This document shows positions 30,001 through 42,000 of a stretch of DNA of 64,000 nt, piece after piece. The notes beneath the pieces were generated by a model. The model was not told the origin of the DNA. It was given only the letters and a program-made list of their open reading frames with translations, and ran no database searches. This DNA comes from Paramoeba atlantica (Eukaryota > Protista > Discosea): assembly GCA_977017575.1 (NCBI GenBank), contig CDRNVI010000026.1, forward strand, positions 589,231 through 653,230, written 5' to 3'. Positions within the stretch are counted from its first letter, which is position 1. Every line of letters starts with the position of its first letter. The position numbers and the translations under genes are program-made.

Positions 30001-33000
30001 AAAAACAAAGGTCTTCAAAAAAACAAAGGTCTTCAAAAAAACAAAAGGTCTTCAAAAAAAGAAAGGTCTTCAAAAAAACAAAGGTCTTCAAAAAAGCAAA
30101 GGTCTTCGAAAAAACAAAGGTCTTCAAAAAAACAAAGGTCTTCAAAAAAACAAAGGTCTTCAAAAAAACAAAGGTCTTCAAAAAAACATAGGTCTTCAAA
30201 AAAACAAAGGTCTTCAAAAAAACAAAGGTCTTCAAAAAAACAAAAGTCTTCAAAAAAACAAAGGTCTTCAAAAAAACAAAGGTCTTCAAAAAAAAAAAGG
30301 TCTTCAAAAAAAACAAAGGTCTTCAAAAAAACAAAAGTCTTCAAAAAAACAAAGTCTTCAAAAAATCAAAGGTCTTCAAAAAAACAAAGGTCTTCAAAAA
30401 AACAAAAGTCTTCAAAAAAACAAAGGTCTTCAAAAAAACAAAGGTCTTCAAAAAAACAAAGGTCTTCAAAAAAACAAAGGTCTTCAAAAAAAGAAAGGTC
30501 TTCAAAAAAAACAAAGGTCTTCAAAAAAAAGGTCTTCAAAAAAACAAAGGTCTTCAAAAAAACAAAGGTCTTCAAAAAAACAAAAGGTCTTCAAAAAAAC
30601 AAAGGTCTTCAAAAAAACAAAGGTCTTCAAAAAAACAAAGGTCTTCAAAAAAACAAAGGTCTTCAAAAACAAAGGTCTTCAAAAAAACAAAGGTCTTCAA
30701 AAAAACAAAGGTCTTCAAAAAAAGAAAGGTCTTCAAAAAAAACAAAGGTCTTCAAAAAAAAGGTCTTCAAAAAAACAAAGGTCTTCAAAAAAACAAAGGT
30801 CTTCAAAAAAACAAAGGTCTTCAAAAAAACAAAGGTCTTCAAAAAAAAAAAGGTCTTCAAAAAAACAAAGGTCTTCAAAAAAACAAAGTTCTTCAAAAAA
30901 AACAAAGGTCTTCAAAAAAACAAAGGTCTTCAAAAAAACAAAGGTCTTCAAAAAAAAACAAAGGTCTTCAAAAAAACAAAGGTCTTCAAAAAAAACAAAG
31001 GTCTTCAAAAAAAACAAAGGTCTTCAAAAAAACATAGGTCTTCAAAAAAACAAAGGTCTTCAAAAAAAACAAAGTTCTTCAAAAAAAACAAAGGTCTTCA
31101 AAAAAACAAAGGTCTTCAAAAAAACAAAGGTCTTCAAAAAAAACAAAGGTCTTCAAAAAAACAAAGGTCTTCAAAAAAAACAAAGGTCTTCAAAAAAAAC
31201 AAAGGTCTTCAAAAAAACATAGGTCTTCAAAAAAACAAAGGTCTTCAAAAAAACAAAGGTCTTCAAAAAAACAAAGGTCTTCAAAAAAACAAAGGTCTTC
31301 AAAAACAAAGGTCTTCAAAAAAACAAAGGTCTTCAAAAAAACAAAGATCTTCAAAAAAAGAAAGGTCTTCAAAAAAAACAAAGGTCTTCAAAAAAACAAA
31401 GGTCTTCAAAAAAACAAAGGTCTTCAAAAAAACAAAGGTCTTCAAAAAAACAAAGGTCTTCAAAAAAACAAAAGGTCTTCAAAAAAAGAAAGGTCTTCAA
31501 AAAAACAAAGGTCTTCAAAAAAACAAAGGTCTTCGAAAAAACAAAGGTCTTCAAAAAAACAAAGGTCTTCAAAAAAACAAAGGTCTTCAAAAAAACAAAG
31601 GTCTTCAAAAAAACAAAAGGTCTTCAAAAAAAGAAAGGTCTTCAAAAAAACAAAGGTCTTCAAAAAAACAAAGGTCTTCGAAAAAACAAAGGTCTTCAAA
31701 AAAACAAAGGTCTTCAAAAAAAAAAAGGTCTTCAAAAAAAACAAAGGTCTTCAAAAAAACAAAAGTCTTTAAAAAAACAAAGTCTTCAAAAAATCAAAGG
31801 TCTTCAAAAAAACAAAGGTCTTCAAAAAAACAAAGGTCTTCAAAAAAACAAAGGTCTTCAAAAAAACAAAGGTCTTCAAAAAAACATAGGTCTTCAAAAA
31901 AACAAAGGTCTTCAAAAAAACAAAGGTCTTCAAAAAAAAAAAGGTCTTCAAAAAAAAAGGGTCTTCAAAAAAAACAAAGGTCTTCAAAAAAACAAAAGTC
32001 TTCAAAAAAACAAAGTCTTCAAAAAATCAAAGGTCTTCAAAAAAACAAAGGTCTTCAAAAAAACAAAGGTCTTCAAAAAAACAAAGGTCTTCAAAAAAAC
32101 AAAGGTCTTCAAAAAAATAAAGGTCTTCAAAAAAACAAAGGTCTTCAAAAAAACAAAGGTCTTCAAAAAAACATAGGTCTTCAAAAAAACAAAGGTCTTC
32201 AAAAAAACAAAGGTCTTCAAAAAAACAAAGGTCTTCAAAAAAAAAAAGGTCTTCAAAAAAACAAAGGTCTTCAAAAAAACAAAGTTCTTCAAAAAAAACA
32301 AAGGTCTTCAAAAAAACAAAGGTCTTCAAAAAAACAAAGGTCTTCAAAAAAAAACAAAGGTCTTCAAAAAAACAAAGGTCTTCAAAAAAAACAAAGGTCT
32401 TCAAAAAAAACAAAGGTCTTCAAAAAAACATAGGTCTTCAAAAAAACAAAGGTCTTCAAAAAAAACAAAGTTCTTCAAAAAAAACAAAGGTCTTCAAAAA
32501 AACAAAGGTCTTCAAAAAAACAAAGGTCTTCAAAAAAAACAAAGGTCTTCAAAAAAACAAAGGTCTTCAAAAAAAACAAAGGTCTTCAAAAAAAACAAAG
32601 GTCTTCAAAAAAACATAGGTCTTCAAAAAAACAAAGGTCTTCAAAAAAACAAAGGTCTTCAAAAAAACAAAGGTCTTCAAAAAAACAAAGGTCTTCAAAA
32701 ACAAAGGTCTTCAAAAAAACAAAGGTCTTCAAAAAAACAAAGATCTTCAAAAAAAGAAAGGTCTTCAAAAAAAACAAAGGTCTTCAAAAAAACAAAGGTC
32801 TTCAAAAAAACAAAGGTCTTCAAAAAAACAAAGGTCTTCAAAAAAACAAAGGTCTTCAAAAAAACAAAAGGTCTTCAAAAAAAGAAAGGTCTTCAAAAAA
32901 ACAAAGGTCTTCAAAAAAACAAAGGTCTTCGAAAAAACAAAGGTCTTCAAAAAAACAAAGGTCTTCAAAAAAACAAAGATCTTCAAAAAAAGAAAGGTCT

Positions 33001-36000
33001 TCAAAAAAAACAAAGGTCTTCAAAAAAACAAAGGTCTTCAAAAAAACAAAGGTCTTCAAAAAAACAAAGGTCTTCAAAAAAACAAAGGTCTTCAAAAAAA
33101 CAAAAGGTCTTCAAAAAAAGAAAGGTCTTCAAAAAAACAAAGGTCTTCAAAAAAACAAAGGTCTTCGAAAAAACAAAGGTCTTCAAAAAAACAAAGGTCT
33201 TCAAAAAAAAAAAGGTCTTCAAAAAAAACAAAGGTCTTCAAAAAAACAAAAGTCTTTAAAAAAACAAAGTCTTCAAAAAATCAAAGGTCTTCAAAAAAAC
33301 AAAGGTCTTCAAAAAAACAAAGGTCTTCAAAAAAACAAAGGTCTTCAAAAAAACAAAGGTCTTCAAAAAAACATAGGTCTTCAAAAAAACAAAGGTCTTC
33401 AAAAAAACAAAGGTCTTCAAAAAAAAAAAGGTCTTCAAAAAAAAAGGGTCTTCAAAAAAAACAAAGGTCTTCAAAAAAACAAAAGTCTTCAAAAAAACAA
33501 AGTCTTCAAAAAATCAAAGGTCTTCAAAAAAACAAAGGTCTTCAAAAAAACAAAGGTCTTCAAAAAAACAAAGGTCTTCAAAAAAACAAAGGTCTTCAAA
33601 AAAACATAGGTCTTCAAAAAAACAAAGGTCATCAAAAAAACAAAGGTCTTCAAAAAAACAAAGGTCTTCAAAAAAAAAAAAGGTCTTCAAAAAAACAAAG
33701 GTCTTCAAAAAAACAAAGGTCTTCAAAAAAACAAAGGTCTTCAAAAAAAACAAAGTTCTTCAAAAAAAACAAAGGTCTTCAAAAAAACAAAGGTCTTCAA
33801 AAAAACAAAGGTCTTCAAAAAAAAACAAAGGTCTTCAAAAAAACAAAGGTCTTCAAAAAAAAACAAAGGTCTTCAAAAAAACAAAGGTCTTCAAAAAAAC
33901 AAAGGTCTTCAAAAAAACAAAGGTCTTCAAAAAAACAAAGGTCTTCAAAAAAACAAAGGTCTTCAAAAAAACAAAGGTCTTCAAAAACAAAGGTCTTCAA
34001 AAAAACAAAGGTCTTCAAAAAAACAAAGGTCTTCAAAAAAAGAAAGGTCTTCAAAAAAAACAAAGGTCTTCAAAAAAACAAAGGTCTTCAAAAAAAACAA
34101 AGTTCTTCAAAAAAAACAAAGGTCTTCAAAAAAACAAAGGTCTTCAAAAAAACATAGGTCTTCAAAAAAACAAAGGTCATCAAAAAAACAAAGGTCTTCA
34201 AAAAAACAAAGGTCTTCAAAAAAAAAAAAGGTCTTCAAAAAAACAAAGGTCTTCAAAAAAAGAAAGGTCTTCAAAAAAAACAAAGGTCTTCAAAAAAACA
34301 AAGGTCTTCAAAAACAAAGGTCTTCAAAAAAACAAAGGTCTTCAAAAAAACAAAGGTCTTCAAAAAAACAAAGGTCTTCAAAAAAACAAAGGTCTTCAAA
34401 AAAACAAAGGTCTTCAAAAAAACAAAGGTCTTCAAAAAAAAAAAAGGTCTTCAAAAAAACAAAGGTCTTCAAAAAAACAAAGGTCTTCAAAAAAACAAAG
34501 GTCTTCAAAAAAAACAAAGTTCTTCAAAAAAAACAAAGGTCTTCAAAAAAACAAAGGTCTTCAAAAAAACAAAGGTCTTCAAAAAAAAACAAAGGTCTTC
34601 AAAAAAACAAAGGTCTTCAAAAAAAAACAAAGGTCTTCAAAAAAACAAAGGTCTTCAAAAAAACAAAGGTCTTCAAAAAAACAAAGGTCTTCAAAAAAAC
34701 AAAGGTCTTCAAAAAAACAAAGGTCTTCAAAAAAACAAAGGTCTTCAAAAACAAAGGTCTTCAAAAAAACAAAGGTCTTCAAAAAAACAAAGGTCTTCAA
34801 AAAAAGAAAGGTCTTCAAAAAAAACAAAGGTCTTCAAAAAAACAAAGGTCTTCAAAAAAAACAAAGTTCTTCAAAAAAAACAAAGGTCTTCAAAAAAACA
34901 AAGGTCTTCAAAAAAACATAGGTCTTCAAAAAAACAAAGGTCATCAAAAAAACAAAGGTCTTCAAAAAAACAAAGGTCTTCAAAAAAAAAAAAGGTCTTC
35001 AAAAAAACAAAGGTCTTCAAAAAAAGAAAGGTCTTCAAAAAAAACAAAGGTCTTCAAAAAAACAAAGGTCTTCAAAAACAAAGGTCTTCAAAAAAACAAA
35101 GGTCTTCAAAAAAACAAAGTCTTCAAAAAAACAAAGGTCTTCAAAAAAACAAAGGTCTTCAAAAAAACAAAGGTCTTCAAAAAAACAAAGGTCTTCAAAA
35201 AAACAAAAGGTCTTCAAAAAAAGAAAGGTCTTCAAAAAAACAAAGGTCTTCAAAAAAACAAAGGTCTTCGAAAAAACAAAGGTCTTCAAAAAAACAAAGG
35301 TCTTCAAAAAAACAAAGGTCTTCAAAAAAACAAAGGTCTTCAAAAAAACATAGGTCTTCAAAAAAACAAAGGTCTTCAAAAAAACAAAGGTCTTCAAAAA
35401 AACAAAAGTCTTCAAAAAAACAAAGGTCTTCAAAAAAACAAAGGTCTTCAAAAAAACAAAGGTCTTCAAAAAAAAAAAGGTCTTCAAAAAAAACAAAGGT
35501 CTTCAAAAAAACAAAAGTCTTCAAAAAAACAAAGTCTTCAAAAAATCAAAGGTCTTCAAAAAAACAAAGGTCTTCAAAAAGACAAAGGTCTTCAAAAAAA
35601 CAAAGGTCTTCAAAAAAACAGAGGTCTTCAAAAAAACAAAGGTCTTCAAAAAAACAAAGGTCTTCAAAAAAACAAAGGTCTTCAAAAAAACATAGGTCTT
35701 CAAAAAAACAAAGGTCATCAAAAAAACAAAGGTCTTCAAAAAAACAAAGGTCTTCAAAAAAAAAAAAGGTCTTCAAAAAAACAAAGGTCTTCAAAAAAAC
35801 AAAGGTCTTCAAAAAAACAAAGGTCTTCAAAAAAACAAAGGTCTTCAAAAAAAACAAAGTTCTTCAAAAAAAACAAAGGTCTTCAAAAAAACAAAGGTCT
35901 TCAAAAAAACAAAGGTCTTCAAAAAAAAACAAAGGTCTTCAAAAAAACAAAGGTCTTCAAAAAAAACAAAGGTCTTCAAAAAAACAAAGGTCTTCAAAAA

Positions 36001-39000
36001 AACAAAGGTCTTCAAAAAAACAAAGGTCTTCAAAAAAACAAAGGTCTTCAAAAAAACAAAGGTCTTCAAAAACAAAGGTCTTCAAAAAAACAAAGGTCTT
36101 CAAAAAAACAAAGGTCTTCAAAAAAAGAAAGGTCTTCAAAAAAAACAAAGGTCTTCAAAAAAAAGGTCTTCAAAAAAACAAAGGTCTTCAAAAAAACAAA
36201 GGTCTTCAAAAAAACAAAGGTCTTCAAAAAAACAAAGGTCTTCAAAAAAAAAAAGGTCTTCAAAAAAACAAAGGTCTTCAAAAAAACAAAGTTCTTCAAA
36301 AAAAACAAAGGTCTTCAAAAAAACAAAGGTCTTCAAAAAAACAAAGGTCTTCAAAAAAAAACAAAGGTCTTCAAAAAAACAAAGGTCTTCAAAAAAAACA
36401 AAGGTCTTCAAAAAAAACAAAGGTCTTCAAAAAAACATAGGTCTTCAAAAAAACAAAGGTCTTCAAAAAAAACAAAGTTCTTCAAAAAAAACAAAGGTCT
36501 TCAAAAAAACAAAGGTCTTCAAAAAAACAAAGGTCTTCAAAAAAAAACAAAGGTCTTCAAAAAAACAAAGGTCTTCAAAAAAAACAAAGGTCTTCAAAAA
36601 AAACAAAGGTCTTCAAAAAAACATAGGTCTTCAAAAAAACAAAGGTCTTCAAAAAAACAAAGGTCTTCAAAAAAACAAAGGTCTTCAAAAAAACAAAGGT
36701 CTTCAAAAACAAAGGTCTTCAAAAAAACAAAGGTCTTCAAAAAAACAAAGATCTTCAAAAAAAGAAAGGTCTTCAAAAAAAACAAAGGTCTTCAAAAAAA
36801 CAAAGGTCTTCAAAAAGTCAAAAGGTCTTCAAAAAAAAAGGTCTTCAAAAAAACAAAGGTCTTCAAAAAAACAAAGGTCTTCAAAAAAACAAAGGTCTTC
36901 AAAAAAACAAAGGTCTTCAAAAAAACAAAGGTCTTCAAAAAAACAAAGGTCTTCAAAAACAAAGGTCTTCAAAAAAACAAAGGTCTTCAAAAAAACAAAG
37001 GTCTTCAAAAAAAGAAAGGTCTTCAAAAAAAACAAAGGTCTTCAAAAAAACAAAGGTCTTCAAAAAAAACAAAGTTCTTCAAAAAAAACAAAGGTCTTCA
37101 AAAAAACAAAGGTCTTCAAAAAAACATAGGTCTTCAAAAAAACAAAGGTCATCAAAAAAACAAAGGTCTTCAAAAAAACAAAGGTCTTCAAAAAAAAAAA
37201 AGGTCTTCAAAAAAACAAAGGTCTTCAAAAAAAGAAAGGTCTTCAAAAAAAACAAAGGTCTTCAAAAAAACAAAGGTCTTCAAAAACAAAGGTCTTCAAA
37301 AAAACAAAGGTCTTCAAAAAAACAAAGGTCTTCAAAAAAACAAAGGTCTTCAAAAAAACAAAGGTCTTCAAAAAAACAAAGGTCTTCAAAAAAACAAAGG
37401 TCTTCAAAAAAAAAAAAGGTCTTCAAAAAAACAAAGGTCTTCAAAAAAACAAAGGTCTTCAAAAAAACAAAGGTCTTCAAAAAAAACAAAGTTCTTCAAA
37501 AAAAACAAAGGTCTTCAAAAAAACAAAGGTCTTCAAAAAAACAAAGGTCTTCAAAAAAAAACAAAGGTCTTCAAAAAAACAAAGGTCTTCAAAAAAAAAC
37601 AAAGGTCTTCAAAAAAACAAAGGTCTTCAAAAAAACAAAGGTCTTCAAAAAAACAAAGGTCTTCAAAAAAACAAAGGTCTTCAAAAAAACAAAGGTCTTC
37701 AAAAAAACAAAGGTCTTCAAAAACAAAGGTCTTCAAAAAAACAAAGGTCTTCAAAAAAACAAAGGTCTTCAAAAAAAGAAAGGTCTTCAAAAAAAACAAA
37801 GGTCTTCAAAAAAACAAAGGTCTTCAAAAAAAACAAAGTTCTTCAAAAAAAACAAAGGTCTTCAAAAAAACAAAGGTCTTCAAAAAAACATAGGTCTTCA
37901 AAAAAACAAAGGTCATCAAAAAAACAAAGGTCTTCAAAAAAACAAAGGTCTTCAAAAAAAAAAAAGGTCTTCAAAAAAACAAAGGTCTTCAAAAAAAGAA
38001 AGGTCTTCAAAAAAAACAAAGGTCTTCAAAAAAACAAAGGTCTTCAAAAACAAAGGTCTTCAAAAAAACAAAGGTCTTCAAAAAAACAAAGGTCTTCAAA
38101 AAAACAAAGGTCTTCAAAAAAACAAAGGTCTTCAAAAAAACAAAGGTCTTCAAAAAAACAAAGGTCTTCAAAAAAACAAAAGGTCTTCAAAAAAAGAAAG
38201 GTCTTCAAAAAAACAAAGGTCTTCAAAAAAACAAAGGTCTTCGAAAAAACAAAGGTCTTCAAAAAAACAAAGGTCTTCAAAAAAACAAAGGTCTTCAAAA
38301 AAACAAAGGTCTTCAAAAAAACATAGGTCTTCAAAAAAACAAAGGTCTTCAAAAAAACAAAGGTCTTCAAAAAAACAAAAGTCTTCAAAAAAACAAAGGT
38401 CTTCAAAAAAACAAAGGTCTTCAAAAAAACAAAGGTCTTCAAAAAAAAAAAGGTCTTCAAAAAAAACAAAGGTCTTCAAAAAAACAAAAGTCTTCAAAAA
38501 AACAAAGTCTTCAAAAAATCAAAGGTCTTCAAAAAAACAAAGGTCTTCAAAAAGACAAAGGTCTTCAAAAAAACAAAGGTCTTCAAAAAAACAGAGGTCT
38601 TCAAAAAAACAAAGGTCTTCAAAAAAACAAAGGTCTTCAAAAAAACAAAGGTCTTCAAAAAAACATAGGTCTTCAAAAAAACAAAGGTCATCAAAAAAAC
38701 AAAGGTCTTCAAAAAAACAAAGGTCTTCAAAAAAAAAAAAGGTCTTCAAAAAAACAAAGGTCTTCAAAAAAACAAAGGTCTTCAAAAAAACAAAGGTCTT
38801 CAAAAAAACAAAGGTCTTCAAAAAAAACAAAGTTCTTCAAAAAAAACAAAGGTCTTCAAAAAAACAAAGGTCTTCAAAAAAACAAAGGTCTTCAAAAAAA
38901 AACAAAGGTCTTCAAAAAAACAAAGGTCTTCAAAAAAAAACAAAGGTCTTCAAAAAAACAAAGGTCTTCAAAAAAACAAAGGTCTTCAAAAAAACAAAGG

Positions 39001-42000
39001 TCTTCAAAAAAACAAAGGTCTTCAAAAAAACAAAGGTCTTCAAAAACAAAGGTCTTCAAAAAAACAAAGGTCTTCAAAAAAACAAAGGTCTTCAAAAAAA
39101 GAAAGGTCTTCAAAAAAAACAAAGGTCTTCAAAAAAAAGGTCTTCAAAAAAACAAAGGTCTTCAAAAAAACAAAGGTCTTCAAAAAAACAAAGGTCTTCA
39201 AAAAAACAAAGGTCTTCAAAAAAAAAAAGGTCTTCAAAAAAACAAAGGTCTTCAAAAAAACAAAGTTCTTCAAAAAAAACAAAGGTCTTCAAAAAAACAA
39301 AGGTCTTCAAAAAAACAAAGGTCTTCAAAAAAAAACAAAGGTCTTCAAAAAAACAAAGGTCTTCAAAAAAAACAAAGGTCTTCAAAAAAAACAAAGGTCT
39401 TCAAAAAAACATAGGTCTTCAAAAAAACAAAGGTCTTCAAAAAAAACAAAGTTCTTCAAAAAAAACAAAGGTCTTCAAAAAAACAAAGGTCTTCAAAAAA
39501 ACAAAGGTCTTCAAAAAAAAACAAAGGTCTTCAAAAAAACAAAGGTCTTCAAAAAAAACAAAGGTCTTCAAAAAAAACAAAGGTCTTCAAAAAAACATAG
39601 GTCTTCAAAAAAACAAAGGTCTTCAAAAAAACAAAGGTCTTCAAAAAAACAAAGGTCTTCAAAAAAACAAAGGTCTTCAAAAACAAAGGTCTTCAAAAAA
39701 ACAAAGGTCTTCAAAAAAACAAAGATCTTCAAAAAAAGAAAGGTCTTCAAAAAAAACAAAGGTCTTCAAAAAAACAAAGGTCTTCAAAAAGTCAAAAGGT
39801 CTTCAAAAAAAAAGGTCTTCAAAAAAACAAAGGTCTTCAAAAAAACAAAGGTCTTCAAAAAGTCAAAAGGTCTTCAAAAAAAAAGGTCTTCAAAAAAACA
39901 AAGGTCTTCAAAAAAACAAAGGTCTTCGAAAAAACAAAGGTCTTCAAAAAAACAAAGGTCTTCAAAAAAACAAAGGTCTTCAAAAAAACAAAGGTCTTCG
40001 AAAAAACAAAGGTCTTCAAAAAAACAAAGGTCTTCAAAAAAACAAAGGTCTTCAAAAAAAGAAAGGTCTTCAAAAAAACAAAGGTCTTCAAAAAAACAAA
40101 GGTCTGCAAAAAAACAAAGGCCTTCAAAAAAACAAAGGTCTTCAAAAAACGAAAGGTCTTCAAAAAAAACAAAGGTCTTCAAAAACAAAGGTCTTCAAAA
40201 AAACAAAGGTCTTCAAAAAAACAAAGGTCTTCAAAAAAAGAAAGGTCTTCAAAAACAAAGGTCTTCAAAAAAACAAAGGTCTTCAAAAAGTCAAAAGGTC
40301 TTCAAAAAAAAAGGTCTTCAAAAAAACAAAGGTCTTCAAAAAAACAAAGGTCTTCAAAAAAACAAAAGGTCTTCAAAAAAAGAAAGGTCTTCAAAAAAAC
40401 AAAGGTCTTCAAAAAAACAAAGGTCTTCGAAAAAACAAAGGTCTTCAAAAAAACAAAGGTCTTCAAAAAAAAAAAGGTCTTCAAAAAAACAAAGTCTTCA
40501 AAAAATCAAAGGTCTTCAAAAAAACAAAGGTCTTCAAAAAAACAAAGGTCTTCAAAAAAACAAAGGTCTTCAAAAAAACAAAGGTCTTCAAAAAAACAAA
40601 GGTCCTCAAAAAAACAAAGGTCTTCAAAAAAAACAAAGGTCATCAAAAAAACAAAGGTCTTCAAAAAAACAAAGGTCTTCAAAAAAAAAAAGGTCTTCAA
40701 AAAAACCAAGGTCTTCAAAAAAACAAAGGTCTTCAAAAAAACAAAGGTCTTCAAAAACAAAGGTCTTCAAAAAAACAAAGGTCTTCAAAAAAACAAAGGT
40801 CTTCAAAAAAACAAAGGTCTTCAAAAAAACAAAGGTCTTCAAAAAAACAAAGGTCTTCAAAAAAACAAAGGTCTTCAAAAAAACATAGGTCTTCAAAAGA
40901 AGAAAGGTCTTCAAAAAAACAAAGGTCTTCAAAAAAACAAAGGTCTTCAAAAAAACAAAGGTCTTCAAAAACAAAGGTCTTCAAAAAAACAAAGGTCTTC
41001 AAAAAAACAAAGGTCTTCAAAAAAACAAAGGTCTTCAAAAAAAACAAAGGTCTTCAAAAACAAAGGTCTTCAAAAAAACAAAGGTCTTCAAAAAGTCAAA
41101 AGGTCTTCAAAAAAAAAGGTCTTCAAAAAAACAAAGGTCTTCAAAAAAACAAAGGTCTTCAAAAAAACAAAGGTCTTCAAAAAAAACAAAGGTCTTCAAA
41201 AAAACAAAGGTCTTCAAAAAAACAAAAGGTCTTCAAAAAAGGAAAGGTCTTCAAAAAAACAAAGGTCTTCAAAAAAACAAAGGTCTTCGAAAAAACAAAG
41301 GTCTTCAAAAAAACAAAGGTCTTCAAAAAAACAAAGGTCTTCAAAAAAACAAAGGTCTTCAAAAAAACATAGGTCTTCAAAAAAACAAAGGTCTTCAAAA
41401 AAACGAAGGTCTTCAAAAAAACAAACGTCTTCAAAAAAACAAAGGTCTTCAAAAAAACAAACGTCTTCAAAAAAAAAAAGATCTTCAAAAAAAACAAAGG
41501 TCTTCAAAAAAACAAAAGTCATCAAAAAAACAAAGGTCTTCAAAAAAACAAAGGTCTTCAAAAAAACAAAGGTCTTCAAAAAAACAGAGGTCTTCAAAAA
41601 CAAAGGTCTTCAAAAAAACAAAGGTCTTCAAAAAGTCAAAAGGTCTTCAAAAAAAAAGGTCTTCAAAAAAACAAAGGTCTTCAAAAAAACGAAGGTCTTC
41701 AAAAAAACAAACGTCTTCAAAAAAACAAAGGTCTTCAAAAAAACAAACGTCTTCAAAAAAAAAAAGATCTTCAAAAAAAACAAAGGTCTTCAAAAAAACA
41801 AAAGTCATCAAAAAAACAAAGGTCTTCAAAAAAACAAAGGTCTTCAAAAAAACAAAGGTCTTCAAAAAAACAGAGGTCTTCAAAAAAACAAAGGTCTTCA
41901 AAAAAACAAAGGTCTTCAAAAAAACAAAGGTCTTCAAAAAAACAAAGGTCTTCAAAAAAAACAAAGGTCTTCAAAAAAACAAAAGTCTTCAAAAAAACAA

